NCBI GenBank assembly: GCA_023213395.1
Contig: CM041465.1
Location: forward strand, 189,851,741 to 189,915,740
Direction: 5' to 3'
Origin: Cycas panzhihuaensis
Taxonomy: Eukaryota > Plantae > Cycadophyta
Length of the DNA: 64,000 nt
Shown: piece after piece, positions 39,970-53,492 of the stretch
Numbering within the stretch: the stretch's first letter is position 1
Layout of the letters: the number at the start of each line of letters is the position of its first letter
Notes under the pieces: model-generated
Seen by the model: only the letters and a program-made list of their open reading frames with translations
The model's database searches: none
What the model was told of the DNA's origin: nothing
Position numbers and translations under genes: made by a program

Positions 39970-42900
39970 TATAAGGTGTATCTTTACTTGGGGAACACGT
40001 GTAATGATGACCCTCAAAGATTCTAAGAGCTTCTTCTGGGTGTTGTTTGAACATTTTAGGGAGATTTGTCATTAGATTAACTAGCTTTATTTTCTATCAT
40101 TTATACATTTACTACTTGAGCATTTTCTTATCTAGTTTTTTTACATGTTAGATCATTCTTTATTTAGCTTAGTTGTTCTTTTTGTCTTTCCCTCCTAAGT
40201 CCTATTTCATGCCCACACATCATATCATCTCCTTCCTAATATAACTTTCCCTTAATCTTTGCACTTATGTCCATGCAGATGCATGAGTGTCTACAAGAGT
40301 GTGAGGTATATCCCCTTCCTCAACTTGGACTCCTCTACCCTAAGTTCATTGTCAAGTTATATAAGCAACTTCATCAACTCACCAATTTCTAAAGACAGTA
40401 CTGGATTAAATAAAAGAGTGAAGGAGACAACAAATTACTCCTTAGTATGGTTGCAAAAAATATCTAAACTCACACATGGACCTTATTCTTTTATTCTAAG
40501 GAAATACCTAAATTTAGGACAAAACCTTAAAAGAAATACATAAGAGCTTACTATACAAGGAATGTTATCCCTATGAATAATGAAAATTAGATATTTGTGT
40601 GAGAAAGTACGGTCACTAGTTATATTCAAGATAGAATAAAGTATAAGAGAATTTATAAAGAACAAATAGATTATGTTTCATAAGGGTCTTTAGGTTCTTT
40701 AACAACATCAATTTATTTTGCATGGTTTTCCAAAATAAATCACTGTCCCTTATTAGTATTTCCTTTTCAATCATCAATTAAATGAAAGACATAAAATAAA
40801 ATAAATAAGAAATAAATGCTCTTATATAGTTTACTTGTATGAGAGACTCTTCTACTTGACGATGAGTGAGTGTGTGTTTTCTTCATATTCAATCTTTTTC
40901 TTCCTATAAAATAACACTAAGAAAAACTACCAAGGCACTTGTCATGTGTTAGAGAAAATCTAAATCATAAATGAAATCCATCTAAGAAAGAATCAAAGAG
41001 AGTTTCATCAAAGATGAAGAAATATGAGTCATTAAGGATAGGTTACTATGAGAATTCTTTCAAAGTGATGATCAACAAAAAAATAAAATTAAATAAGTGA
41101 GGAAGATAAATTATGAGTGAAATTAAATTAACAGTCCCTAGTATGATCACAAAACATGTTTGACTCAATTTAAGAGATGATATTGGATTATGTGAGAGGA
41201 AAATAAAAGAAATCAAGAGTGAGAGAATCAAATCAAAGATTAGAAGAATAATGTAAGGTAATTAGACATTTGAAATAAAAGTAACAAATATAAAATTAAA
41301 TCAAAATATGTGCAAAATGTGCATACTATCAAAAATACTTATTGAGCTATGGTATATCAGAATAAATACCACTAAAATAGAGTGACAAAATGTAGTATTT
41401 GTAGTGAGATACTATAGAAGATACATAGAGACTTACAATACATTGTAAGACATATAAAATGACTTGTAGGAGTTTAGATACAATACTACTAAAAGTATAG
41501 TTTAATGCAAGGTATACTACAAAACAAATAAGAAAACATGTGGTATTTTAGATGCAATATTGTAGAAAGTGAGTGACAATATGCGATATTTGTAGAATTT
41601 AGCAAAATAGTGAGAAAACATATAAATTCACTAGCGAAGCAATCTAAAAACTCCACAAATGCAATGCCAATGGCTAGGGCACATGAAAATCCTTTGTCTG
41701 AGGGTGAAATCAAGTAAAATATTAGACGGATTATGCCTTATTTAAGTGTAAGAAAACAAAGACAAAAGTAATGTTATGGTTAAAATCCTAAAGAGGCTTT
41801 TTCAACTTTTGTGAATGGAAAAACAAATGAACATAAAGAATAGGTACTTATAGCATATTAATTTAAAGATGAAATCATCTAAATTGATATAGAAGTTAAT
41901 ATTTTAAGAGCAAATTGTTATTTTTATGGGATATTATGAAGCTTACATCATATGCCATGATATTGGACTAATGTAAGAAGGCAGAATCATAAAAAGACCA
42001 TAACTTCCTCATATAGTGTCTATTTTCAACCCATGAGCATTTGATTCTCATATACTTGAAGAGATCTATACACTGGTATAGATAGAATCAATAATTGCAT
42101 TCAGAATCAAAGTGCAAATATAAATAAAGAAAAAATAATATGAAAATCAACAAAAAATAAGGTCATCACAATGGAAGAATAGATGTTTATTTTGTGTGTT
42201 GACACAACTTTACTTTAGCTCTAAGACATGCAAGAGATGTTGTTGAAAACATTATCATATGAGAGATGTAATATGCACAAGCAAACTAAATAAATACTTA
42301 ATTAAATGCAACATAAAGTAAATATAAAACAAATATAGTGTTAGGTAAATGACAAATAGCAAATGCATATCTAAATATATTTTACTATTGAGAGTGAAAA
42401 AATTATACTTGATACTCCCAAATTAAAGGCAAGGTGCACATAATCAAGGAAAGAGAAACCAATGCATCAAGTTTTAATTTTTCATTTAATTCTCCTAATG
42501 TATCTTTTTAAATCATTTGTTTGTAATTTTATTTATAAATTAAACAATAAAATATAATTATTATTTTGTTTGATCTCACTTAATTTGAAACATTACGAAC
42601 TTAAGATGATTATAGATTTGTTCTCTAGTGGGATACAAGGTAATAAGAAAAAATAAAATAAAATCAAACAAAAAACTGTTATGTGAGGAGGAAGCAAAAG
42701 AACCCAATGAAAAGGTGATTAAAATTAAACTTACATTTTTATAATATGTATAAACCAATAAAGTGAATATGTGTGTGTGTGTGTTTATAAGTCACAAATT
42801 GTTTTATTTGTATATGAGAATAAACTTAATCAAACATAATGTACTATATGACATGCAAAATTACCAAGTAAAATTTGTAATTCTTTGTTCATATTCTAAA

Positions 42901-43679
42901 TTTCATTTTCTAATTCTTACCACTACAAAAGTATCACTCTTCTATATATCCTTATATTTTTATATATGGAAGAGCAATCCCATTTCCTATCAAGAATTGA
43001 TAACTTTTTGCTATAATAACCGATAAACACCTTTTTCAATATTTTCTGTAGCAAGCTCTCAATTTATCAATGAAATGAATTTACACTAAAAAAAAATTTG
43101 TCATATAAATATCAAATTCACCCCTTTTTGTTGTAGCGGAAAGAGTACCCAATAAGTACTAAAATATCCCTTCGCAATCAACTCAACAAAATCATTTCTG
43201 CAAATTTAGCTATACACCATGGCATCTTCTTAGAACCGGAGCCTTCTCTGTAGACTTTACCAGAGTTTTCTTGGCGTCAAATGACAAGAATAAGGTGAAC
43301 TTTACTTCATCCTTCTTCTACAATTAAACCCTTTCCCAACAGTCTACACAACGAACATTCTGCCCCGTCAAATAAAGGAACAGAAGCCTGCGATAGGCTT
43401 TGCCGGGAAGAATGAGGGATTCACGGTACCAGGAAATGGACCATCGTTCAGGATGCTACCGGAACGACCGTCGAATCCCTGCCCTCAAGCAAGCATCACT
43501 TTGCAAAAGCCAACGAAATACCTAATATCAGAATAATACATCCAAACAGATATCCAGTCTCTACTTGTAGCTTTTTATATTATGGAAATTCTTATATCTT
43601 AGTCGAATTAATATGCGTTTCCGTGCATTCCCCATATCGTTAGATACAGTAAGTCCATAATCAGAAGTAGGAAAAGAAG

Positions 43680-44240
43680 ATGTTGGGCTCTTCTCCTGGC
43701 TCATACAACCGTGCTCATGCAGCTTCGTTCCGGGAGGATAACACGGCAATTTCAAGGATTTCATGCAAGCGATGTTGTTGCTGCATTTTGACCGTTCTCC
43801 TAGTGATTCTGCTCCTGCTCCTGGCAATTGCATTGGTGGTCTTCCTTATTCTGAAGCCGAAGAAGCCGCAGTTTGCTTTGCAGACAGTGAGACTGGAACC
43901 CTCGAGCTCTCGCTGGAACGTGGCGTTGAACATCACCGTGATTTTCACGGCCATAAATCCCAATAAAGTGATGGGAATCAAATACAATCCTTCCAAACTC
44001 TATGTACTGTACAAGGGGATGCCCATAGGCACGGCGGTGGTTCCTGCGTTCTATCAACCTTACCAGAGCAACACCACGCTTTACACTCAGCTCCTGCTGA
44101 ATATGGCGAATATCGGGGATAGGAATTATGCGATGGAGTTGATTAACGATGCCACTGTCAATCATCGTCTCCGGATGCGGATTACTGGAGATGTTGCAGC
44201 TCGAATACGCATCTTGCAGTTTACTTTTCCAAAAGTGAAG
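43680..44240 (+). CDS. LEA_2 / NDR1-HIN1-like (NHL) membrane protein, exon 1
   Basis: CCCC plus hydrophobic TM helix, ILKPKKPQF, NPNK.MGIKY, P.FYQP motifs. 187 codons ending at the phase-0 donor AAG|GTAATT. The ORF track reads through into the intron. Confidence 0.93.
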
Positions 44241-44375
44241 GTAATTCTGCCTGTAATCATCGTATCAGAATTATTACGAAATCACCTGGAGGTACAAATT
44301 AGGGCCTTTTAATTATCGATTACTAAAAATTTTAAAATCTATCTTATTTTTGCAAGTGCTGTTCTATTGTTACAG

Positions 44376-44462
44376 GTCTCGATCGATTGCCAAATAGTGG
44401 TGAGTCCTCGGCGACACGCAACGATGTATAAAACGTGTGGCATTGCTGGGTTAAATATTTAA
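44376..44462 (+). CDS. LEA_2 / NHL protein, exon 2
   Basis: Acceptor TTACAG|GTC; encodes VSIDCQIVVSPRRHATMYKTCGIAGLNI*, the two-cysteine C-terminus expected for this family (recalled as At2g01080-like). 135-nt AT-rich GT-AG intron at 44241-44375. Confidence 0.9.
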   Translation, partial: VSIDCQIVVSPRRHATMYKTCGIAGLNI

Positions 44463-44494
44463 GCTTTTTTGAGGTTTACAGGAAGTAAAATCAT

Positions 44495-44834
44495 TTTGCA
44501 GACCGAGGGTTTGGTCTTCTCGGAAAGAAATTACGGGTTGGTTTATAAAAAAAAAAGGTAAACTGGCCATTCCCTGGTTTGTAATGTCTTCATTAATGTA
44601 CTGGAAGAAGTACAAAGAACACTAAATTTGTTCACATATAGTTGACTCGGTAGGCAGACCGAGAAGGGAAGTTGCGGAACCCCTGTGGTTATCTTATGAG
44701 TGCGTTCTCGAGATATCGCAGTCTATATAAAATTTTTCCGTCTATTAACGAAGACATTGCAAACTGACCGTTTTCCTTATTTCCCAGTAACCCGAGGTTT
44801 CTTTGCGGAAACACCACAACCCTCGGTCTGCAAA
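44495..44834 (+). other. Long imperfect inverted repeat (candidate hairpin RNA / pre-miRNA-like)
   Basis: 17-bp perfect outer arms tttgcagaccgagggtt / aaccctcggtctgcaaa extending to ~45 bp, plus a second ~33-bp duplex (44576-44610 with 44734-44766). Confidence 0.8.
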
Positions 44835-47800
44835 GTTGGGTATGCCCCCACTGCTTGGATGGCGTGAACGCAGAGGACACGCCGAAAGGGGGCCATGCCG
44901 CTGTCGTGGTCAGCTCTCTAACCGCAGTTTAACCGTATAGTTAGACGACTCGCACGTTTTGTTTCTGTTTTCCTAACGTCAGACCTCCGTATATATACAC
45001 CCCGTGGCTAGTGTAGTTCACCCCGTGTGTACTGAACTCCATACCTGGCGGAGGTCTGGGCCAGATACGCACCGTTCTGACATGTCCCAGGTACCAAATC
45101 GTGTTCAAGGGCACCCATGTAACGTTAAATGTGACAGAAGATAAAATAGCTGAATGCTACCACGTTTGAGGTAACTCCGTTTGCCGTAGCTAATAGCATT
45201 ATATGATTAAATCGAATTTGAATTCGGTCTTGAGGCTTGGGGAAAACTCCAACTCTTGGCTCGATGCATTTAATTTCAATGGGGGTGCTAAGGATATCAT
45301 TCTCGTGGCCACATAGGCTACCAATAAATTGTCTTATGAATGTGATCTTATAAAGTATTAAACTATATTTTTGCAAGGGTACCCCAATTCAAATTTTTAA
45401 TTACTATTTACGGTTTCCATATTAAATCTTCTAAGTAATTATATTAATAATTAAAAAGAAAAAAAACTTTCATCATATATAAATACTGCATTGCACCACT
45501 GTAATGTGCATTTAATGCTTTATGAAAGATTTATAGAAGGAATCTTAGTATAATTATATTCTATTTTCTCTTTTTCTCACACACACGCTCTCCCCCCCCC
45601 CCCCCCCCCACACACACCCCTTTAAAGTAAAAAAGGCTTTTAAGGTCATTTGATTAAGTGTTAGGCTCATATTACCTTGTTTGAATTGATCCCTTGCCAA
45701 CATGGTAGAAAAAGGACTTCTTCATTGTTTGAATTATTCCTTGTGCATGGGCTTCTATATTTTGTAATCTTATGTGCATAAGGTAATATATTGAGAACTA
45801 AATCTTAAATAAAGGGGAACTCAGCTAAACATAAAATTTCAAATAGCAATTAGGTGCCTTGCAGTACCAATGTTATCTTTGTCAATTTTTTGAGTGGAAA
45901 ACATTTATTTTATAGTCATAAGTGTTTATAAGACAACTCATGTGGATGGAAAAGACAACTTTGCATTAGAAGCAAATGGAAATAAACTATTTTGTTAAAT
46001 GCATTGTGAATTTATACAAACGTGTGGTTTATGTGAAAAGGTGGTCTTACTTCTATGAATTAAAAAAAGGGAATTTCGCATTATTTAAGATACATCTATC
46101 ACAAGATAATTTAAAGACTAGGAAAAACAATATTTGTTGCTTTTATAAAGGAAACTTAAATAATCAAGTTAAGTATCATCACTTATTGATGAGGCCTAAA
46201 GCACTTTCTTATAAGTTATGTATCTTGGACCATGAATATAACTATCGTATAGGAAAATAATAAAAGGACTAGAAATATTATAATGCCATTATTAAAATTA
46301 AAATGTTATACAAGGGCTAGAAATACTTTAGTCTAAAGACTTATTTGCATTTTATTGATGCACATCTAATGTTTTTAAACTCAAGGCTACTTGCATTGTT
46401 TTTTTTTTTTTTTTTTTATGTGCTCGAAGTATTTCCCACATACCATGAAAGGATGGGGAATTAGTTTTTTAGGGGTGCCAGGTAAATGTGAGGTGGCACC
46501 ACGCCACCTGACCCTTACTAAGTTCTAAATTGCTAATGCGTTAGTAAACACTCAAGCCATATCGATCACTCTTCGTCATTGGAGGATTTGAGAATCCTTT
46601 TGCTTATATAAAGAGGACTTTTAGAACTCAAATGGATAGTTTATCTTAACAAAGAAGGTTTGAAAGTCTAAGAGATCAAATTCCTATCCTCTCACACACA
46701 CACATGGGGCTTTAAGCTCACTGAGATTTGAACCTACTTGCATTGTTATCTAAGTATGGCAACTAAACTAGTGTAAGTTATTAGTTAATTGGTAGTGAAC
46801 CATATTAATAAGAAAAACATCAGTTTTTTGTTTAATACACAATTGTTATTAATATGAGAATTTTTGGCATCATCCTAAACAAAAGGATGATCTAGTTGTC
46901 TTTTACAAATGGAGTTAAATATTAAAAGAAAAGGATTCTAATTTATATTAGTAATTACTCCACACAAATAACCTCTTTTCTATGTAACTAGAGCATTCAT
47001 GTTGCCAACATATTTATATTGGCAAAAAGACATTAAAAAATAAGTGAAAAGGAATAATAAATATCATTTTCTCCTAGTATCTAATGTGTTTTATAAGCAT
47101 ATTGTCGACATGTGTGCTACATCACATAAGCTACTAGGATTAACCTCCTCCTCCATGGGCTTAGGAATTCCTTAAGTTGTTCACAAATGTATTTAAATAA
47201 CATATATATTGGTATTCAATTCAACCATGATTTACATTAGAATTTGTGACTAAAATGAGGAATTCTCTCCCATTGTATTTTTCACTCTATTTCTATTTGT
47301 TGTCTCAAACAACCTTTTGCTTTAAGTTTTATGAGATAACCCTATCATCCTAATTCAATACTCTTTGGTTCTAATACCCTTACAAAAATGTGTAATAATC
47401 TCCCCTATCCAACATTGATGCACATGATAAAGCTAATAAACGCGTTCTAAATTTGTAAATAAACTTAATGGATTAAAGAAATAAATATAGTTAGGTCTAA
47501 AAGAAGAGAGATAATAATGATAATAAAGTCTTAAATGAGCAAGAAATACAAAGATGAAGGTAGTTACATAAAAAAAAAAATGAAATGTAGAGAAATTGCA
47601 GTTGCTTTGATAATATTAGCCTATAAAATAATGATATCTAACTTGATTAGATATAAAAAATTTGCTTACTTATAATCATAATGCATTGCACGATGTTTCC
47701 ATCAAGAAAGGATTTAAAACTTAAAAAAGACTAACATGTAATTAAATTATGTGTATGGTGTTAAAGGATGATTTTTATGATTTTATATAAATATATAACT

Positions 47801-50800
47801 CAGGTAAATCATTCATCTATCTAGCTTGTGACATTTGAAAAATTAATTTATAAGATCAATAAAATAATTTGTTCTTTATCGTAATAATCTTTCTTAGAAT
47901 TCACATAGGTTCTAAAAATATATATACACACATAGTGAAAGTTTCTAATCAAGTCCAAGTATATGAATATCCAGTAATGAAAGTAATGTTCACATTAACA
48001 AAGGAACAATATTGAATTTTAAAAATATTTATAAACCAAATGTATTTCTCTAATTGTACACAAAATAACATGGGTGTTTAATATTAATGGTCTTATAGGA
48101 AAAAGAAAATCAATAAATACAAGTTAACACATATAAGAAACCCTCTTATTCTTTAGACTTTTCTCTATTAATTGTATGAATTCCTAATGACCATCATGTA
48201 TTATGTTATTCTATATGGTCACCATGCATGTTTGAGCTTGTATAGGAAGGGTAGAGAATTACCTCATTAAATATTAAATGTATGTTTCATTAAAAACTAT
48301 AACTACAAACTTAAGAATCGCCCCTTACATTGACTAGTTTAAATTATTGCATATATTATCCTATATTTTAAGTATTTTCACTACATATGCAAATTATTAA
48401 GAATAAGTAAAACGAAACATATATTACTTTAAAATGACTAATTCATTTAACATTCTTCTTACTTTTTTAATGACTCTTGATATAAGCTACTCCATATCAT
48501 GCCATGAAAATAATATATATTGTATTTTAATGAAGTGCAACAAACTTAATAAGAGAAGTGTTGTATTCAAGTTTTGAGGTTATATACAAGACATAATGTG
48601 TATACTACTTATAAATTTCTTAAAGCACATGCATATAAGGCCTTATATAAAATACCAGTATACATATAAAAAATAATCCCTTAGGAGAAAAATCCATTAA
48701 GTCTCTTCTATAAACACCCTAATATAAATCCTCAAAATATAAATACAAATAGCGTCCATACATGCACTGACATGCTTTTCACATATATCAATCATGTACC
48801 ATGTTGACATGCAACTAATAAGATAAATCAAACTATCCATCTTTATATGAAAGAATTTTAATCTAAAATAACTCATGTTATTACATGACCACATGCAACT
48901 AGCAGAACCAGGATCCTAGCATTCATAGTTAAGGCATTAGGAGATTAAACATTGGTTATTAACTTTTGTGTGTAGGTCATTAAAGCAACCAATGAAATAT
49001 AAGGCCATTTGGCCCACCAATAAGATTGTAGGAAAAAGGCTCTCTTTTGTTTACTTAAGAGCCAAAAATTATAGAAGAAGGTTATTGTGGAATTATTTTC
49101 TCTTATGAAATTAGTATTTTAGTACTCTTCAATATTTTTTTGTGCCCATTTAGCCCTCTTTGGTATACATCCCTTCTATAATTGGTTCTCGGTATTAATA
49201 TAAGTGTTATATTTCCTACTTATTTTCCATTATCATTGTTTGTATGTGAGCAAAAGTGACAGAGCCACATCCCAAGTGGTATGAGAGTAAGGTTCAAAAT
49301 CCAAAGGAAGTGGCCAAGTAAATCAAGGGGAGTAAAAGAAAAAGAAAAAAGGTTTACTTTCCCTTGGTGAATCTCTCAAATCCTCTTTTTGCAAGTTAAT
49401 TTTGTTACTATATTTATTCTATTTTTAAGAAGTCAGTTGTAAGTATGCAACATAAGTTGAGGTCCCATCCATCCCTTCCCATAGAGGTTAAGTAGAGAGC
49501 TTGTACCAGGGGTCTTTAAAGATTATGGGGATCCATCATTCTGGGCTAAGCATGAAAGAGTATATGCTCATACATGAAGCAAAGTAGATCACACTACTTA
49601 CACAAGCCTCATATAGAACCCATTACAAAATTGAGCCTCCACATACCTTTAGGTATATAAAAGGACCCTTTTAGGCTCCCTCAACTTACCTATAGCAAGA
49701 ATTATTCATGAATTCAACACTTAGGTGAGTCCATCCCTTGTTTTCAATCCACTCCATATAGAAAAAAAGGGGAAAAGAAAAGGAAAAAAAGTTTGCAAAG
49801 TCACTTCAATGAATACTTCTTTGTTTCTAAAGAAACTTGTATCATTATACTCATGATAATAAAATAAGAGCCCATGAAAAAAAAATTACCTTATCAATTC
49901 ATATATCTTATTTTGATCAGCATGTCACTCTAATTTTACACTCGGTTAATTTCAATAGCCACTTTTAGAGAAAATAGCTCAAATGATGCTTGCAGGTGTT
50001 GTAGATAAAATTTGATACTTAAATCCCATCTATACTATTTCGACAAGCTTTTCGTACTCATTCTAGTTTATTAGGCAATTTTCTTATTTACTTTTGGGGT
50101 TAACAGGTTGTAGACACCCCTCCCCCTCCCCTTCTTTCCCTTTAAGTTACAATCCCAACTTCTATAAGCTTATTCTATCTATCTAGCTCTAATTTAGTAA
50201 GTTCCCTTCTATCTTACTCATCTTGCTTATTTATATCCTTTTTTTCTTACTTGTGTCCTACTTCTTATAATTCTCTTTTATCTCCATGATGATGACTCCA
50301 TCTTAGGCAAAAGACATTCTCGCATTAGAAACTTAATTCTTGGAGCTCTAGAAAAAAGTAGAGGCCAACATAACTTCTTTTATATTTAACTCAGACATTA
50401 TTACAATACTAAAATAAATAGCATAGATGATAGTGCAATTTATATAATTGAACTATCAGTCAACAAACAATACACTTCTAACATAACATACTAGTAACTC
50501 TCCTTCGTACGAGTTGTAACTTCACCACAAGATCAATATTCATACTTTTGATCTGAATTTGAACAAGGATAACACATATACATAGATAAGCAAACTTGAA
50601 TCCTACTTCTCTCTTAACCTAATTACCAAAGAGGAATAATTGATATTTACATCTATTTATATAGAAGCTCAAGAACATCATTGATTCTATTAGTGGTACT
50701 TTTTAGCTTCTAAGAATGATGTTGACATGGCAACATAGGTAAGTGTAGGTGTGTGTCTCCATCTTTGTCACCCATTTTATTTATTATGTCATTTTGGTTT

Positions 50801-51909
50801 ATGTGATGTATTGGTTGATTAGTAAACATGTGTTACTTGCATGTTTAGCTTGCTTGTGTTCCATTTTTATGCTAATGACAACTAGGAGCTAGGTTCAATA
50901 GCCTTAAAGCCCCCCATGTCATGTTATCAATTGGAAAAGAGACCTCTCCACATCCTTGCCACTCCCTTTCCAGACTTGTTCTTATTTATTTGGGTCCTTT
51001 TTACCTAGTCTACTACTACATTGCTACCTTCTTTGGTACACGAAGTAGTACTATAGAGAAATTTGTGATATCACAGATATATCTATAGTACTATAGATTT
51101 GTCTATGGTATGAATGTTATGATACCTGACCATGTCTCCAATAGATAAATAATTTTTTTGCCACCTTGTTTAGTGGGCCTGGGGTGCCACATCAATCCAG
51201 GTCAGCTTGTCACACTCTTGGGACCCTCAGTGGACCTTCAATATCATTTTTTATTCAAATTTTCTTAAGATTTAAAACCCACCTCCTTAGCTTATTTATA
51301 GTTTTGGCTAGTAGATTCTCCATATTGTGGACATGAAACCACCACCACCTTACCTTGTTTTTTCCTATAAAATCCCTTAAGTTTAAGGGTAGGGTATCAT
51401 AGATCTTTCATTTTTCTGACAGTATTGAAATACTATCAAAATTCTGCCTCAACAACTCTCCCACTTTTCATACAAGTTACATACTTTGGAGCTAAGGTGG
51501 TGACATTGGAGATCAACCCTAGAGCAAGCAAGGGGGGATTAGAGAGCTTCTTACTAGGTGAACATCATCTTATCTCTTTATTAGATTGGGCACACATCTC
51601 CTACCTTGGTTTACCATTTGTCAAACTCCTCTCACCCTTTCCCTCCATGCTTTGTTGTTACTAAGTTGTATAGGTAGAGTTGTGTACATTAGCAATTTCT
51701 CTTTTGTTGTAATAGTAGAAGGTAGGGTTTAAATTTGCTTGATATCTCCTTCTCTTTTGTTAATATATCTACTAAGTTGCAAATTTTTATTAGAGAGGTT
51801 TCCTTTAGTACAACTAAGGAAACTGCTTATGTAGGGGAGCTTGTGGCTTTTTTGAGGCACTTCCCCCTCCCCTTAATTCCTGTTTATTTTGTTGTCATTT
51901 TACTATTTG

Positions 51910-51911
<2 letters not shown>

Positions 51912-51997
<86 letters not shown>
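51912..51997. repeat. (CA)n(TA)n microsatellite inside the putative LTR of E
   Basis: Direct reading. Confidence 0.95.
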
Positions 51998-51998
<1 letters not shown>

Positions 51999-53230
51999 CG
52001 TATTCATGCCTATATTAATGTATTTTTATGTAATTAGATTTGTTGGAGGATTATATAGTGGTTCTATTTTTAGTTTGAACTTGCAAAGATGTGAGAGGGA
52101 GCAAACCCTTCATCATTCACGTTAGGGTTTGAAGCTAGGGTGGACCCTAATAAGGTGAGTATTTGTATCTTTTGTACTTATCATTTCTTTATTCTTTTGC
52201 TTCCTTCCTTTATTGCTTTCCATTTGTTATCTTTTTCATTTGGGGCTAGTAAGTAAAGCCCCCTAATTTACTTCAAACCGGTAATGAGAGCATTTGAAGG
52301 GAGGACGAGGAGAGGCAAAGAGGAGAAGCACTTCCAGCTATCAACTGAGTCTAGGTGCACCTCCTCCCCCTCTTTTCATCATCATTTCATGTTCTCATTG
52401 GAATTCTCACTCTACTCTCTATTATAGAAATTCCTACCCCCTATTATTCATTTTCTTTTGGTTTCATCGTTCCTAAAAAAGAAAAATAAAGGAATTGGGA
52501 AAGGTTTCTAGTATAGAGGGGAACAAAGAAAAATTAGTTCACAAGAAAGAAAATTAATTTTCTTTTCCTTTTACTTAAGAAAAAAAAAGGAAGATTCAAA
52601 GCAAGGAATTCTTGGAATAGGGTTTTATATAGGGAAGGATTCCTTATCTTTCCCCCTTTTTGCTTCCCTCTTGGTTACATCCTTGTTTTTCTTTCCTTTA
52701 ATTAGTATGTGCGTTTTATTTTTAGAAAATAAAGTGGAAGAGTATTAAAGAAAATGACAGTGAGGTTATTTACTTGTTTTTCCCTTCTCCCTTATCTTTT
52801 TTTCCTCTTTTCCTCTTACTCCAACTAATTCAACAATGAAGACAAACCCCACTTCTCTTATTTCGTAAAGTGGGCTTGCACCCATTTTGTCCCCCACCTC
52901 CCTCTCTTCTCTTTCCCTCTCCTTACCTATTGCATGGGTCCCTCATCATGGGAGTTTGCATAATCATGGTATCGGAGGGAAAGAGGATATGCATAGGTTA
53001 CCTATGAGCCCAAGGAAACTAGAAACATTGCCATCCCTTTATCTCTTTAAGACCCTAGGCAGAGGGAAAGGGACCGTACTTACATGTCTCAAATCTGCTC
53101 CTAATAAGTGCATGAGCGCCTTATGTGGGCCTCCTCAGACTTCACTTCACTCCACTTTAGGTCCCACACACTAGGCCTAGCCTTCCTTAATATTGGTTAT
53201 CTTAGGTACCCCCAGTAGGAGCGATCTCAC

Positions 53231-53248
53231 TAGTGACCATACTGGAGA
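53231..53248 (+). promoter_or_regulatory. Decayed tRNA-Arg-type PBS
   Basis: tagtgaccatactggaga resembles TGGCGACCACAGTGGGA mainly via G>A/C>T changes; preceded by ...CA + 1 nt and ~250 bp upstream of the gag ATG. Confidence 0.5.
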
Positions 53249-53492
53249 ATACTCATTAGAATGCCATAGGTTTACATTGGCTTTCTTGTGCACCTTTTTC
53301 CCCTACATAGGGCCTATTAGGGTGTTGGTCATAGATCTTTTAGTGCCTCTTTTATTCTTGGTTCTCTCTATTTCTTTAAGTAGAGTGATTTACTTGTGGA
53401 TACAATGTTTCTCATGTCACTTGTGTGGTTTACCCTAAGTTAAAATAGAGCCTGTTTATTCTGATATTCCCTGATCCAATCAAGAGTCACCA

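Noticed and set aside
43561-44165. Overlapping antisense and alternative-frame ORFs over the LEA_2 gene
   Set aside because: Shadow ORFs of GC-richer coding DNA with no recognisable motifs.
44241-44312. C-terminus VILPVIIVSELLRNHLEVQIRAF of the 210-aa ORF
   Set aside because: Intron read-through; a canonical GT-AG splice gives the family-typical C-terminus.
44844-44893. Hammerhead ribozyme (stem + GAAA + stem)
   Set aside because: No CUGANGA core and no third stem. Other CTGATGA hits (e.g. ~56682, ~57788) lack stem II and GAAA.
45038-45065. U1 snRNA-like start (ATACCTGG)
   Set aside because: Lacks the full ATACTTACCTGG, the U1 loops and a recognisable USE promoter.
46491-46525. Helitron 3' end (aggtggc/gccacct hairpin near CTAA)
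   Set aside because: No CTRR followed by T at the expected position and no 5' end or Rep/helicase trace.
51735-52125. His/Thr-rich ORFs (also 36462-36647) and Lys-rich ORFs at 4040-4538
   Set aside because: Translations of microsatellites and poly-A/T tracts.
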